Counted from the first letter of the stretch, positions 7,920 through 17,059 are shown. The stretch is 64,000 bases of DNA from Clostridiales bacterium (GCA_029907205.1 JARYMI010000010.1:16097-80096); one strand, 5' to 3'. Notes: a model not told the origin generated them from the sequence alone. Numbers and translations: made by a program.

Positions 7920-9587
7920 CTAATCGTAAGAAAGGCGGAGCAGGCCGCCAGCGAAATAGACCACCATGGAACCGAGAGCCACCCAGCCGGCCATTTGGGT
8001 GAGCCCGAGCCCTCCCAGTCCGATGCCCGCGAGAAAACCCAGCAGGCCGAAAAGACAGAGCCCGAGCATCCTTCTTCCGCCCGGCGAGCGCGGGATCAGA
8101 TAAAATGCTTCTCCGCGTTCGACCTCGGCTTGGCTCGGCTTCCAGGCGCTCTGGATGGCTTCGGCTCTCTCCGGTTGGGTGAACCTTTTTCCGAGCAGGC
8201 TGAAGACTGGCGTAAAGACAAGCGCTGCGCCAGCTCCGAGGAACGTTCCGTAAGTGCTCGCGTTTTGGTGTCCGCCGAAAAAGACGAAAATGCTCAGGGT
8301 GCCGGTAACCGCTCCCGCAAGATACCCCGCGACGGCGCCGAGCCAGTTTCCTTTTTTCCAGAATATTCCGTAGAGGATGGCCACGACAAAAAGCGGCATG
8401 TCCGTGATCCCTATCACCGTGAGGTAAGCGTTCACCGCGCCCATCTTGCGGGCGAAAAACGAAAAGCCGACCATGAAGAACCCGACGAGGAGCGTGACGA
8501 TTCGGACAACCACGAGGACCTGTTTTGCCGAAGCCCTCTTCTTGAAGACTCTCTGGTAAATATCGCTGGTGAACAGGGTCGCCGTCGAGTTGATGTTTGA
8601 ACTGATCGTTGACATCTGGGCGGAAAGAAGCCCGCAGAGGATGATACCGAAGATTCCGGTGGGCACAAAGCGGGCTAACATGGCCGGGATGACAGTGTCA
8701 GCGGGGCTGATGGCGGGGTCGATCGCCCGTGCCGCCAGCCCCGGGAGATACCAGAGGAGGGCAAACGGAGTCGTTTGGATACCCGAAAGAATGAGCCCTT
8801 TGGCCACGCTTTTCACGTCACGGCCAGAAAAGGCGCGCTGGAGCATCCCCTGGTCGGTCGAGGCCCACTGGATGCCTAAAAGAAAAATGGCCAGGATGAA
8901 CGTCCAGTTGAGCTGTCCCGTCTGAGGGACAAGCTCGAGAGAGGAGGAGGGGAGGGCTCTGGCAATCCCGCCAAAACCGCCGGCCTTGGCCATGATGATC
9001 GGGAAAAAGATGAGGGCGCCCAAGAGCATCAGGCTGAACTGCAGGACGTCGGTCAGGGCCACCGACCACATCCCTCCGGCCGTCGTGTAGATAATCGTGA
9101 TGACCGAAAAGACGAGTGCCCATATCAGGTAGGAGCTTTCTCCCGTGCCGGTGATGACCATGGCTGCGGTCGCGCCCGTGTAGAGGACGATCCCGAGCCA
9201 GAAGGATAGCCGGAAGATCCAGAGGATCGCGATCAGCACGCGCATGCCAAGGCCGTAGCGCGCCTCAAGAAATTCCGGGATGGTCCGGACTTCGAGGCGG
9301 CGCAGGATGGGCAGGATGAAAAGGCCGGCCAGGACGAGAGCCATATTCCCCGTCCAGGTGTGCCACACGATGGAAATGCCTTGCTCATAGGCTTTTCCCC
9401 CCTGGCCGATGAAGCTGTACATGTTGACGTTGGTGGCGGTAAGCACGGCCGCGAGAATGAACGGCGGGAGCAACCTCCCGGCTACGTAGAAATCGTCTGG
9501 ATTCTTGACCCATTTGAAGAAGATGGAGCCAAAGAAAAATAGGAACGCCAGGAACGCAGCGACGATGCCGATATCGACCGCGGCCAT
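7920..9587 (-). CDS. Sodium:solute symporter (SSS) family transporter
   Basis: DFYVAGR, TIPEFLEARYG, YTTAGGMWSVALTDVLQ, DQGMLQR, SAQMSTISS motifs; about 13-15 TM helices; GAGGAG RBS before ATG at 9587. Confidence 0.93.
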   Translation of the reverse strand: MAAVDIGIVAAFLAFLFFFGSIFFKWVKNPDDFYVAGRLLPPFILAAVLTATNVNMYSFIGQGGKAYEQGISIVWHTWTGNMALVLAGLFILPILRRLEVRTIPEFLEARYGLGMRVLIAILWIFRLSFWLGIVLYTGATAAMVITGTGESSYLIWALVFSVITIIYTTAGGMWSVALTDVLQFSLMLLGALIFFPIIMAKAGGFGGIARALPSSSLELVPQTGQLNWTFILAIFLLGIQWASTDQGMLQRAFSGRDVKSVAKGLILSGIQTTPFALLWYLPGLAARAIDPAISPADTVIPAMLARFVPTGIFGIILCGLLSAQMSTISSNINSTATLFTSDIYQRVFKKRASAKQVLVVVRIVTLLVGFFMVGFSFFARKMGAVNAYLTVIGITDMPLFVVAILYGIFWKKGNWLGAVAGYLAGAVTGTLSIFVFFGGHQNASTYGTFLGAGAALVFTPVFSLLGKRFTQPERAEAIQSAWKPSQAEVERGEAFYLIPRSPGGRRMLGLCLFGLLGFLAGIGLGGLGLTQMAGWVALGSMVVYFAGGLLRLSYD

Positions 9588-9608
9588 GACATTCTCCTCT
9601 GCCAGAGT

Positions 9609-9692
9609 TGGTGACAAAAGCGTCACCACGTATGTGATCTTCGTGATGGGGGCAGCTTCCTGTCCCCAATTAAATCACAGAAACGGAGATGC
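9609..9692. repeat. Family-B palindromic repeat copy
   Basis: ggtgac-aaaagc-gtcacc and gggggcag-cttc-ctgtcccc-aatt hairpins; related copies at 31292 and 41657. Confidence 0.55.
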
Positions 9693-9786
9693 TATCGTTA
9701 TTGATATTTTCGGTGAAAATGTCAAATATTTTTTATATAATTGGAAGCGATGTTTCGAGCGAAAAGAGAGGTTAGCTAACTGGTCC

Positions 9787-10806
9787 ATGAATAACCGCCG
9801 GAGAATATACATTTCCCTGATTATCTTCGTTATCATCTACCTCATCGGCGTCGTCGGGTTCAAGTTTTTCGGCGGCAAGGACTGGACGCTTCTCGACAGT
9901 CTTTACATGACTGCCATCACGATCTCGACCATCGGCTACGAGGAAGTCATCGACCTCAGCGCGAACCCGGTGGCCCGCGTGTTCACGATCGTTTTCATCA
10001 TCCTCAGTCTGGGGACAATTGCCTTTGCCGTGTCCTCGATAACGGCTTTTATCGTCGAGGGCGAGCTCAAAAACATCTTAGGGAGACGGAGAATGGAAAA
10101 AGAAATCGCCAGACTCAAGGATCACTATATCGTCTGCGGAAGCGACGAGACGGCGGAGACGATCATCCAGGAGCTTCTCCTCACACGCCGGGAATTCGTC
10201 GTCGTCGAGCCGGACAAGGAGAAAATCGACAGGCTCGTCGGCCTGGGCAACCTCCTGTATGTCCAGGGAGATCCCTCAGAAGATGACGTGCTTCTTAAGG
10301 CGGGAATCGACAGGGCCAGGGGAATCCTTCTCTCTCTTCCGACCGACGAGGCCAACCTTTTCGTGACAATCACGGCGCGCAGCCTCAACCCTCGCCTTCG
10401 TATCGTGGCCAAGGGAATCGACCTTAAATCACACGGCAAAATGAAAAAGGCCGGGGCTGACAGCGTCATCTCGCCCACCTTCATCGGCGGGATGCGCATG
10501 GTCTCGGAGATGGTCAGGCCGGCCGTGGTGACGTTTCTCGACATGATGCTCCGGGACAGGGAGAAGGCTCTCCGGTTTGAGGAGGTCCGGGTGGAAAAGG
10601 GATCGCCGCTTTCGGGCAAAGCCATCCGCGACGCCAAGTTAGAGGAGAAGACGGGCGCGCTTCTTGTGGCTATAAAAAAGGCTGACACAGCCGACTACGA
10701 TTTTAACCCGGCTGGAGACAGGAAGATCGAAGAGGACGATGTCCTGATTTTTATCGCGAGCGCTGAGATGGCCAGGGGGATAGAGAAAATCGCCGGAGAA
10801 AGCTAA
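9787..10806 (+). CDS. Potassium channel protein (2TM pore plus RCK/TrkA-N and TrkA-C domains)
   Basis: DSLYMTAITISTIGYEEV pore region, DHYIVCG, GDPSEDDVLLKAGI, AGADSVISP. Confidence 0.9.
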   Translation: MNNRRRIYISLIIFVIIYLIGVVGFKFFGGKDWTLLDSLYMTAITISTIGYEEVIDLSANPVARVFTIVFIILSLGTIAFAVSSITAFIVEGELKNILGRRRMEKEIARLKDHYIVCGSDETAETIIQELLLTRREFVVVEPDKEKIDRLVGLGNLLYVQGDPSEDDVLLKAGIDRARGILLSLPTDEANLFVTITARSLNPRLRIVAKGIDLKSHGKMKKAGADSVISPTFIGGMRMVSEMVRPAVVTFLDMMLRDREKALRFEEVRVEKGSPLSGKAIRDAKLEEKTGALLVAIKKADTADYDFNPAGDRKIEEDDVLIFIASAEMARGIEKIAGES

Positions 10807-10823
10807 AGAGTTAGGGGTTAGCT

Positions 10824-11894
10824 CTAAGTGTCTTTCTCCCGAGACCCCTCGGGGAGCTCGGCCGGCCTTTCTTCAGTCAGCAACTCCAGCCTGTCTGAAA
10901 ACTTGTCCAGCCGCTTTTCCGCCTCGTCAAACCTGCTCTTGGCGTTGGCCAGATGGGTCCCAAGGGTTTGAAAATCTCCTCGGAAGCGGTCGAGGTCTCC
11001 GCGCAACTGGGCGAGCGCCTGGAGAGTCGAAAGAGCTGATTTTTCAAGATGCATACCCTTGAGCCCGAGGACAATCACCTGGAGATAGGCGTAAAAAGAA
11101 TTTGGCGAGACAGGAATGACCCGGCGCTCGAGGGCGTACGTGAGGAGAGACCGTTCCTCGCCCAGGGCCTCATCCTTGAGGATTGTCTCGTAATAGATGT
11201 TCTCTGCCGGGATGTACATCAGGGCAAAGTCGTATGTCCCCTCATCAGGCAGGATATACTTAGAGGCGACATCGTCAACATGCTTCCTCACGTCGGCTGC
11301 GAATTTCCTCCTCAGAGCGTCCCGTTCTTTGCCCTCTTCTTCCTGGATGAATTTTCTGAAATTCTCCAAGGGGAACTTGGCGTCAACCGGAACGAGGTTG
11401 TTGCCGATACGGATGGCGGCATCGACTTTTTCGCCGCTCTTAAACCTGTGCTGGAGGGCATAGTGAGTGGGCGGCAGGATTTGCGCCAACAGGTCGCCCA
11501 GAAAATACTCGCCCAGGCCCCCACGGAATTTGGGCGCCCGGAGCAAATCGTCCAGGCTGGAGATCGTCTTGGCTTTTTCCAGGACTTCTCTCGTCACGAC
11601 CTCCACCTTGCCCAGATGGCTCTGGACGTTCCCCAGGCTCTGGCCGATGTCGCCCGTCGTCTTCTGGAACTGGAGGCTCATGCTCTGGAGCTGCTGGTTC
11701 ATCTGCTGGGTGAGCTGGCCGATCTGCTGCTGCATCAGAGCCAGAGCGGCGGCCGCCTGGCTCTCGGCCTGGGCCCGCCGCATTTCATCGAGCTGGGAAG
11801 CGGTTTTTTTCAGGGAGCGAGCGAGGATAAATAAAAAAACAAAAAGGAAAATGAGGACGGCGACGGCTGCGATGGCAAAAAAATTCGTCTCCAT
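10824..11894 (-). CDS. rmuC: DNA recombination protein RmuC
   Basis: N-terminal TM and coiled coil; RGGLGE, VPVDAKFPLE, YILPDEGTYDFALMYIPAE, VSPNS. Confidence 0.92.
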   Translation of the reverse strand: METNFFAIAAVAVLIFLFVFLFILARSLKKTASQLDEMRRAQAESQAAAALALMQQQIGQLTQQMNQQLQSMSLQFQKTTGDIGQSLGNVQSHLGKVEVVTREVLEKAKTISSLDDLLRAPKFRGGLGEYFLGDLLAQILPPTHYALQHRFKSGEKVDAAIRIGNNLVPVDAKFPLENFRKFIQEEEGKERDALRRKFAADVRKHVDDVASKYILPDEGTYDFALMYIPAENIYYETILKDEALGEERSLLTYALERRVIPVSPNSFYAYLQVIVLGLKGMHLEKSALSTLQALAQLRGDLDRFRGDFQTLGTHLANAKSRFDEAEKRLDKFSDRLELLTEERPAELPEGSREKDT

Positions 11895-12037
11895 GAAGCA
11901 TCGCTCCCTTACGGTCTCATTATAAAAGAACGTGGCGGACAGTGCAAACCGATATTCATCGCTGGTGCTTTCCGATAATCTTCTTAAATTTCCCTATGAA
12001 TATTCAAAAATTATCCACAACGACAAGAATATTGCGC

Positions 12038-12096
12038 TTGACTTTTGTATTAAACATCGTTACTATATTTCGTATTAGTGCTAAAAATAGCATTAA
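12038..12096 (+). promoter_or_regulatory. AbiE operon promoter with downstream inverted repeat (candidate antitoxin operator)
   Basis: TTGACT-N17-TACTAT; TTAGTGCTA-aaaa-TAGCATTAA at 12075-12096. Confidence 0.6.
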
Positions 12097-12107
12097 CTAG
12101 AAACAAA

Positions 12108-12728
12108 ATGAATTTCATAAAATTGCGCGATTCGCTCAAAGACTTTACCGTTTTTTCTCTCCGCGATATTCTTCAGGTTGATAAAAATTTTCACCGCAGG
12201 AGATTGAACGAGTGGCAAAATAAAGGATATATCAAGAAAGTTATAAAAGGATTTTACATTTTTTCGGACCTTATTCTTAATGAAAATGTGCTATTTGAAA
12301 TTTCTAATAGAATATATAAGCCGTCCTATGTTTCACTGGAATCAGCTCTTTCTTATTATCATTTGATTCCTGAAAGCGTGTATGGCATCACCTCTGTATC
12401 GACACGCCGGACATACAGGTTTATTACAAGCATGACGGAATTTAGCTACAGAACTGTTAGGCCAGACTTTTATTTTGGATATGTTGTTAAGGCTTATAAT
12501 CAAAAGGTTTTTAAAATCGCGCAGCCTGAGAAGGCGATCATTGATTATTTTTATTTAAACCCTCACCTCAGAAACGAAAATGATTTCGATAGCCTTAGGG
12601 TAAATTCCGAACAATTTTTTGAAATAATCGATGAAGGAATTCTGCTGAATTATCTCGCCAAATTTTTACAGAACTCTCTAAAGGAAAGAACTTGCCGTTT
12701 TATGGATTTTTTGAGCTCCAAAAAGTGA
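12108..12728 (+). CDS. Type IV TA antitoxin, AbiEi family
   Basis: wHTH with IKKVIKGFY; PSYVSLESALSYYHLIPE, TSVSTRRT, IAQPEKAIIDY; low GC. Confidence 0.88.
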   Translation: MNFIKLRDSLKDFTVFSLRDILQVDKNFHRRRLNEWQNKGYIKKVIKGFYIFSDLILNENVLFEISNRIYKPSYVSLESALSYYHLIPESVYGITSVSTRRTYRFITSMTEFSYRTVRPDFYFGYVVKAYNQKVFKIAQPEKAIIDYFYLNPHLRNENDFDSLRVNSEQFFEIIDEGILLNYLAKFLQNSLKERTCRFMDFLSSKK

Positions 12729-12737
12729 AGGGACCCT

Positions 12738-13514
12738 ATGCTTGATCTTAGACAGATTAAATCTTTTTACCCAGAATCTATGAGAACATTTGGGCGGAAT
12801 CTCCTTAGAGAATATCTTCAATACAAGATCCTGGAGATTATCTATGATTCTAAACATGGAGGCAAGCTCTCATTTATGGGCGGGACGGCCATTCATATAA
12901 TTCACTTCAATACGAGATTTTCTGAAGATCTGGATTTTGATAATCTAGGGTTAAATAGAGTGGAATTTGAGTCCTTAGGACAACTCATAAAAGATAAGTT
13001 AGAGCTCCAAGGATGTCCATTAGAAACCAGGGCTGTGATTAAGAAAGCATTCCGCTTATATTTGAGAATACCTGAGCTTCTTTTTAGCAATGATCTTTCG
13101 AAGGACCCTAGAGAAAAGATACACGTGCAGGTTGATACAGAACCTCAACGTTTTGAGTACAGTCCCGATAAGATTTTGATCAATAAATTCGACGTCTTCG
13201 GGCGCATCTCAGTAGTGCCCGTAGATATCCTTTTAGCTCAGAAAATCCATTGCATTTTTAAGCGAAAGCGAGCAATCGGGAGAGATTTCTATGATGCTCT
13301 TTTTCTTATGGGAAAAACGAAGCCTAACCTGAATTATCTGAAGCAGAAACTTCAAATAGAGAGCTTTCCTGAACTCAAGTCTCGGATGATCCGGAGATGC
13401 AAAGGCCTTAATTTTCGACAGCTGAGCAAAGATGTGGAGCCCTTTTTATTCGAGCCAGCAGATTCAAAGAGGGTTTTATTTTTTGCGCAGTACATAAAAG
13501 ATCATGAATTTTAG
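12738..13514 (+). CDS. Type IV TA toxin, AbiEii nucleotidyltransferase
   Basis: REYLQ, FMGGTAI, RFSEDLDF, AQKI, GRDFYD motifs. Confidence 0.92.
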   Translation: MLDLRQIKSFYPESMRTFGRNLLREYLQYKILEIIYDSKHGGKLSFMGGTAIHIIHFNTRFSEDLDFDNLGLNRVEFESLGQLIKDKLELQGCPLETRAVIKKAFRLYLRIPELLFSNDLSKDPREKIHVQVDTEPQRFEYSPDKILINKFDVFGRISVVPVDILLAQKIHCIFKRKRAIGRDFYDALFLMGKTKPNLNYLKQKLQIESFPELKSRMIRRCKGLNFRQLSKDVEPFLFEPADSKRVLFFAQYIKDHEF

Positions 13515-13579
13515 GAAGCATCGAAAGTTAGATCCAAAACCCAAGAAGGAACGAAATTCTTGGGGCGATTGAGAACGGT

Positions 13580-13933
13580 ATGGATCTCAGTGATATCGAT
13601 TGGCTTATCGCTCAAGTTGAAGCCAGGCTAAGAGGCTTGGAGTCGGAACGAGCAGATGATGAGGGACGCCTTCTCATAGCAACAGGAAAATATTTGGGCG
13701 AAGGCTTTGATGATGCGCGGCTCGATACATTATTTTTGACTATGCCGATTTCCTGGAAAGGGACTTTAGCTCAGTATGCTGGGAGGCTTCATCGAATTCA
13801 CTTTAACAAAAAGGAAGTCCGCATTTATGATTATGTTGATTCTCATGTTCCTATGCTTGTCAGGATGCACAAACGCCGGATGAAGGGATACAAGGCGTTC
13901 GGCTACGAGATAGGGGAAAACATCGATAAATAG
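13580..13933 (+). pseudogene. Remnant of a superfamily II (TOTE-type DEAD/DEAH) helicase
   Basis: Only C-terminal motifs V/VI remain (LIATGKYLGEGFDDARLDTLFL, QYAGRLHR, IYDYVD), joined to a 25-aa coiled-coil-like N-terminus; no Walker A or B. Confidence 0.75.
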
Positions 13934-13971
13934 TTCTATCCCAAATAGTTATGTCAGCTCAAAGACTGAGT

Positions 13972-14000
13972 TTGACAAAGAAAAAGGACTCATCTAAACT
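13972..14000 (+). promoter_or_regulatory. Sigma70 promoter of tRNA-Lys
   Basis: TTGACA-N17-TAAACT, 14 nt upstream of the tRNA. Confidence 0.7.
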
Positions 14001-14014
14001 AAAAAAGCTTTTTT

Positions 14015-14087
14015 GGCCCGTTAGCTCAACAGGTAGAGCAGCGGACTCTTAATCCGCGGGTTGTAGGTTCGAGTCCTACACGGGTCA
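14015..14087 (+). tRNA. tRNA-Lys(CTT), CCA not encoded
   Basis: GGCCCGT/ACGGGTC acceptor, GCGGA-CTCTTAA-TCCGC anticodon arm, GTAGG-TTCGAGT-CCTAC T arm. Confidence 0.95.
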
Positions 14088-14111
14088 TTTTTCGTATTTG
14101 CGCGGACAAAG

Positions 14112-14483
14112 ATGAAAATACGAGGATTCCTTGCGATTCTGGTGCTCGTCGTCGTGGTCGTTTATTTCATTTTCTTTGCCAAGGTCGGCAAAAAGAGCAC
14201 GATAGAGGGCACCAAAGATGCCTACGACCGGATCCGTGTTGAGCTCACTGAGACCAACATGGCCACTCTTGAAAAAGGGATCAACTTTTTTATTTCGACA
14301 GAGGGCCGGGCGCCGGCCGACCTCAAAGAGCTCTTTTCTTCCCGCCTGTTCACCGGCGAAGCAGTGGACGGCTGGGGAAGGAGCTTCAGGTACGAGAGGC
14401 TCTCGGAATCTGGGTTCCGCCTTGTCTCGGCGGGACAGGACGGCGTTTTTGGAACAAAGGATGATTTGACGCTGGAGCGCTGA
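14112..14483 (+). CDS. Small GspG-like (T2SSG C-terminal domain) pseudopilin-like protein
   Basis: N-terminal TM; DGWGRSFRY...LVSAGQDGVFGTKDDL, typical of the T2SSG domain. Confidence 0.7.
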   Translation: MKIRGFLAILVLVVVVVYFIFFAKVGKKSTIEGTKDAYDRIRVELTETNMATLEKGINFFISTEGRAPADLKELFSSRLFTGEAVDGWGRSFRYERLSESGFRLVSAGQDGVFGTKDDLTLER

Positions 14484-14570
14484 CTGTTCGAGGAGGATTT
14501 TGCGGATCGGCTGGTCTCAACAGCCCACGCTTGACATTCGAAATCAAGCGGAAGGAGAGTCTGAGCGGGA

Positions 14571-15362
14571 ATGGAACATGCGCTGCTGCCTGTGGCCGGG
14601 TTCCTGATCGGCATTGTCGCCGCGATGACTGGAGTCGGCGGCGGAATTTTCATCGTCCCGCTCCTGACCATTGCCTACGGGTTTATTCCACAGCACGCCG
14701 TCGGGACGAGCTTAGGGTCGATCATCTTTACAGCGCTTGCGGCTACGTATTCTTATGCCCGGCAGAAACGCATTTTTTACCGGCTCGGGCTGCTAATGGC
14801 TGTGGCGACCGTGCCGGGCGCTTACCTCGGAGCTTACATGACGACTATTGCCTCGCCCCGGCTCCTGGGCCTGATCTTTGGCGTTTTCCTCTTCTTCATG
14901 GCCCTGCGGATGATCTTCAATGATTTGGGCCAGCCTGCAGAAACAGCCGCCGCCTCCCTGTCGCGGCCGCTAAAATCAGATGCTGACTATATCGGCTCTT
15001 TCTTGACCCTCGTCTGGGTTTTTGGGCTTGGTTTCCTGGCCGGTTTTGCCTCCGGCTTCCTGGGCATAGGCGGAGGTGTCCTGGCCGTTCCGGTCATGAA
15101 TTTCAGCCTCCACATGCCCATCCACTATGCGACGGCGACGTCGATGTTCATGATGATTTTCACCTCTCTTTCCGGCGCGGCCAAGCATACCTTAGCCCAT
15201 CATCTCAACTGGGGGTATGCTTTTCTTTTGGCCTTAGGGACGATCTTCGGCGCTCAGGTGGGAGCCGGTATTTCAAGAAAAGTGTCGGGGCCGACGCTCC
15301 GCCGGATTTTCGGCGTGGTCATGCTCGTTGTCAGCGTCCAGATGGTTCTTAAGTTCTTATGA
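14571..15362 (+). CDS. Sulfite exporter TauE/SafE family membrane protein
   Basis: Two GVGGG/GIGGG repeats, AVGTSL, ATATS. Confidence 0.9.
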   Translation: MEHALLPVAGFLIGIVAAMTGVGGGIFIVPLLTIAYGFIPQHAVGTSLGSIIFTALAATYSYARQKRIFYRLGLLMAVATVPGAYLGAYMTTIASPRLLGLIFGVFLFFMALRMIFNDLGQPAETAAASLSRPLKSDADYIGSFLTLVWVFGLGFLAGFASGFLGIGGGVLAVPVMNFSLHMPIHYATATSMFMMIFTSLSGAAKHTLAHHLNWGYAFLLALGTIFGAQVGAGISRKVSGPTLRRIFGVVMLVVSVQMVLKFL

Positions 15363-15366
15363 CTGA

Positions 15367-16026
15367 TCAGTCTCGATTCTTGCTCCGGCCGTTTTCCGAG
15401 TTGAGCCCGAGGGCGCGCGCATAAAGCTGGAGAAGAGAAGCGGGGTCCTTTCCGCGGGGAAGGGCGCTCGTGTTTTCCTCTTCCAGGGCTTCAAGAAAAG
15501 CAACGCTCAGGTTGCAATCCCTGGCGATTTCTTCGCGCGAAAGGCCGCGGTTTTCTCTGACTAACTTCAGGTATTCGCCATAATACCGGCCATTCGCCTC
15601 AGGCTTGAATTCCGCCCTGAAAGTTATCTCTCTGGCGTTCCGTCCGTCTTTTCGACGCTTTCGAAGAAAAAGAAGGCACTTGACTTTGTCCCAGAACCTC
15701 TCTTTTTCCCCGGCGTCCTCGATCTCCAGCCTGATTGTAGATTTTCGAAAGTACGCCCTCTGCCGGTATTCAGGCCGAGAGGGGAGGATCCTCGAATCAT
15801 AGTCTTTTCTCCTCTCCGTGTCGGCGAGCGTTGAGAAGGCGGCTTCAATCTTGTCCAGGATGAGCCTTCTCTCTTGCGGGGCCAAGACGCCGTAGGAGGC
15901 CAAAGCTCCGTCGTGATAGGTCGCCAGGGCTTGGAGATAAGCTTTCTCGATTTCTTGAGGCGAGGCGTCGAGCGGGAGGTTCAGAAGATCATAAAAATCC
16001 AGCTCCTCGACTTTTTTTGGCAACAT
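15367..16026 (-). CDS. Degenerate J-domain plus XRE/RodZ-like HTH protein
   Basis: DFYDLLNLPLDASPQEIEKAY...IEAAFSTLADTERRKDYD (HPD absent); GEYLKLVRENRGLSREEIA...LEALEE...YARALGL. Confidence 0.75.
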   Translation of the reverse strand: MLPKKVEELDFYDLLNLPLDASPQEIEKAYLQALATYHDGALASYGVLAPQERRLILDKIEAAFSTLADTERRKDYDSRILPSRPEYRQRAYFRKSTIRLEIEDAGEKERFWDKVKCLLFLRKRRKDGRNAREITFRAEFKPEANGRYYGEYLKLVRENRGLSREEIARDCNLSVAFLEALEEENTSALPRGKDPASLLQLYARALGLNSENGRSKNRD

Positions 16027-16027
16027 C

Positions 16028-16978
16028 TCAAGCCACGGATAGAGCGTCAGGCCTTTCGACTTGGTTTTGCCCGGCCGCCGTCAGTTGTTCGGCCATTTTT
16101 TTTATGGCCTGTGAAACCGGGCTGTCCGGATATTCGCGGATGAAAGGCACAAATTTTTTCAAACTCAAATGGACCCTCTCATCATAGGGAATGGTCGCTA
16201 AGAGGTCAAGCTCGATCAGAAAATACTTGCGGGCGACATCTACGACAGACGCGCCGAGGAAGACATCTTTTTCGTTCGTGATTTTGTTGACGACAAGGCC
16301 GGGCCGGAAATTCATTAAGGCAGAAAAGAGCATCGGCCCGTATCGGGCATCGAGAGAGACGAGCCTCTCCAACGAGCCGCGCAGCGTGAGCGAGCCGTTT
16401 TCGAGATCGGCGGCGAGCGGGTCAACCAGGTGAGGAATCTTGTAAAACTGGCCGTAGAGCTTGAGTATCCTGACCGCGCAGGATTTCAGGAAATAGTAGC
16501 CGTTCTCGACTGCCGTCGGTTCGGGCGTGATGATCAGGATCCCGGGCCTGCCGAGGACAAAAAGGTCGAGAGTGTTATACGCACTTCCCGTTCCCAGGTC
16601 GATGATCACTCTTTTCGCCGGCAAGTTCCTGATCTGGCGGATCAACTTGAGCTTTTTAAGATGGTTGAGGTTGGCAGCGAAAAGAGAGCTCTCGCTTCCT
16701 TTGATGAGTTTAAGCCCGGCGTGGGGCGTCTCAAGCAGGATATCTTCAAGGCGCGGGACGTCGTTCCTGAAAAACCCGCCCAGGTCCCGGCCGCCCGACC
16801 TGACAGCGAGCAGAGTGTGAAGGTTGGGGCCGCCGAAGTCAGCGTCGATGATAACGGCATCGCCGCAGCGCGACCCTAACTCGATGGCCAGGCTGGCCGC
16901 GAGAAAGCTTTTACCCGTTCCTCCCTTGCCTCCGCCTACTGCGCAGATTGTCTTCTGCGAAGCTTTTTCTTGAATCAT
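16028..16978 (-). CDS. MinD/FlhG-family P-loop ATPase
   Basis: Deviant Walker A GGKGGTGKS, DADFGGPNLH, IDLGTG, TPEPTAVEN. Confidence 0.88.
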   Translation of the reverse strand: MIQEKASQKTICAVGGGKGGTGKSFLAASLAIELGSRCGDAVIIDADFGGPNLHTLLAVRSGGRDLGGFFRNDVPRLEDILLETPHAGLKLIKGSESSLFAANLNHLKKLKLIRQIRNLPAKRVIIDLGTGSAYNTLDLFVLGRPGILIITPEPTAVENGYYFLKSCAVRILKLYGQFYKIPHLVDPLAADLENGSLTLRGSLERLVSLDARYGPMLFSALMNFRPGLVVNKITNEKDVFLGASVVDVARKYFLIELDLLATIPYDERVHLSLKKFVPFIREYPDSPVSQAIKKMAEQLTAAGQNQVERPDALSVA

Positions 16979-17059
16979 CCGAGCGTGTTCTCCTGGCTAA
17001 AATGAACCTGCCATTTTAGCACAACCAATTTTCTGATGGAAACAAGCCCGGGAGAAAAA

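Noticed and set aside
9505-9786. Long N-terminal extensions in the ORF track (also 21804-22463, 23909-24037, 41699-41809)
   Set aside because: They overlap divergent genes or repeats; downstream starts fit the domain boundaries better.
12011-12019. Perfect DnaA box TTATCCACA in AT-rich DNA
   Set aside because: A single box with no cluster and no dnaA or dnaN nearby; not enough to call an origin.
11930-14110. Integrative element with att sites at tRNA-Lys
   Set aside because: No integrase, the islet lies 5' of the tRNA, and only a 7-bp gcggaca match flanks it, which is expected by chance.
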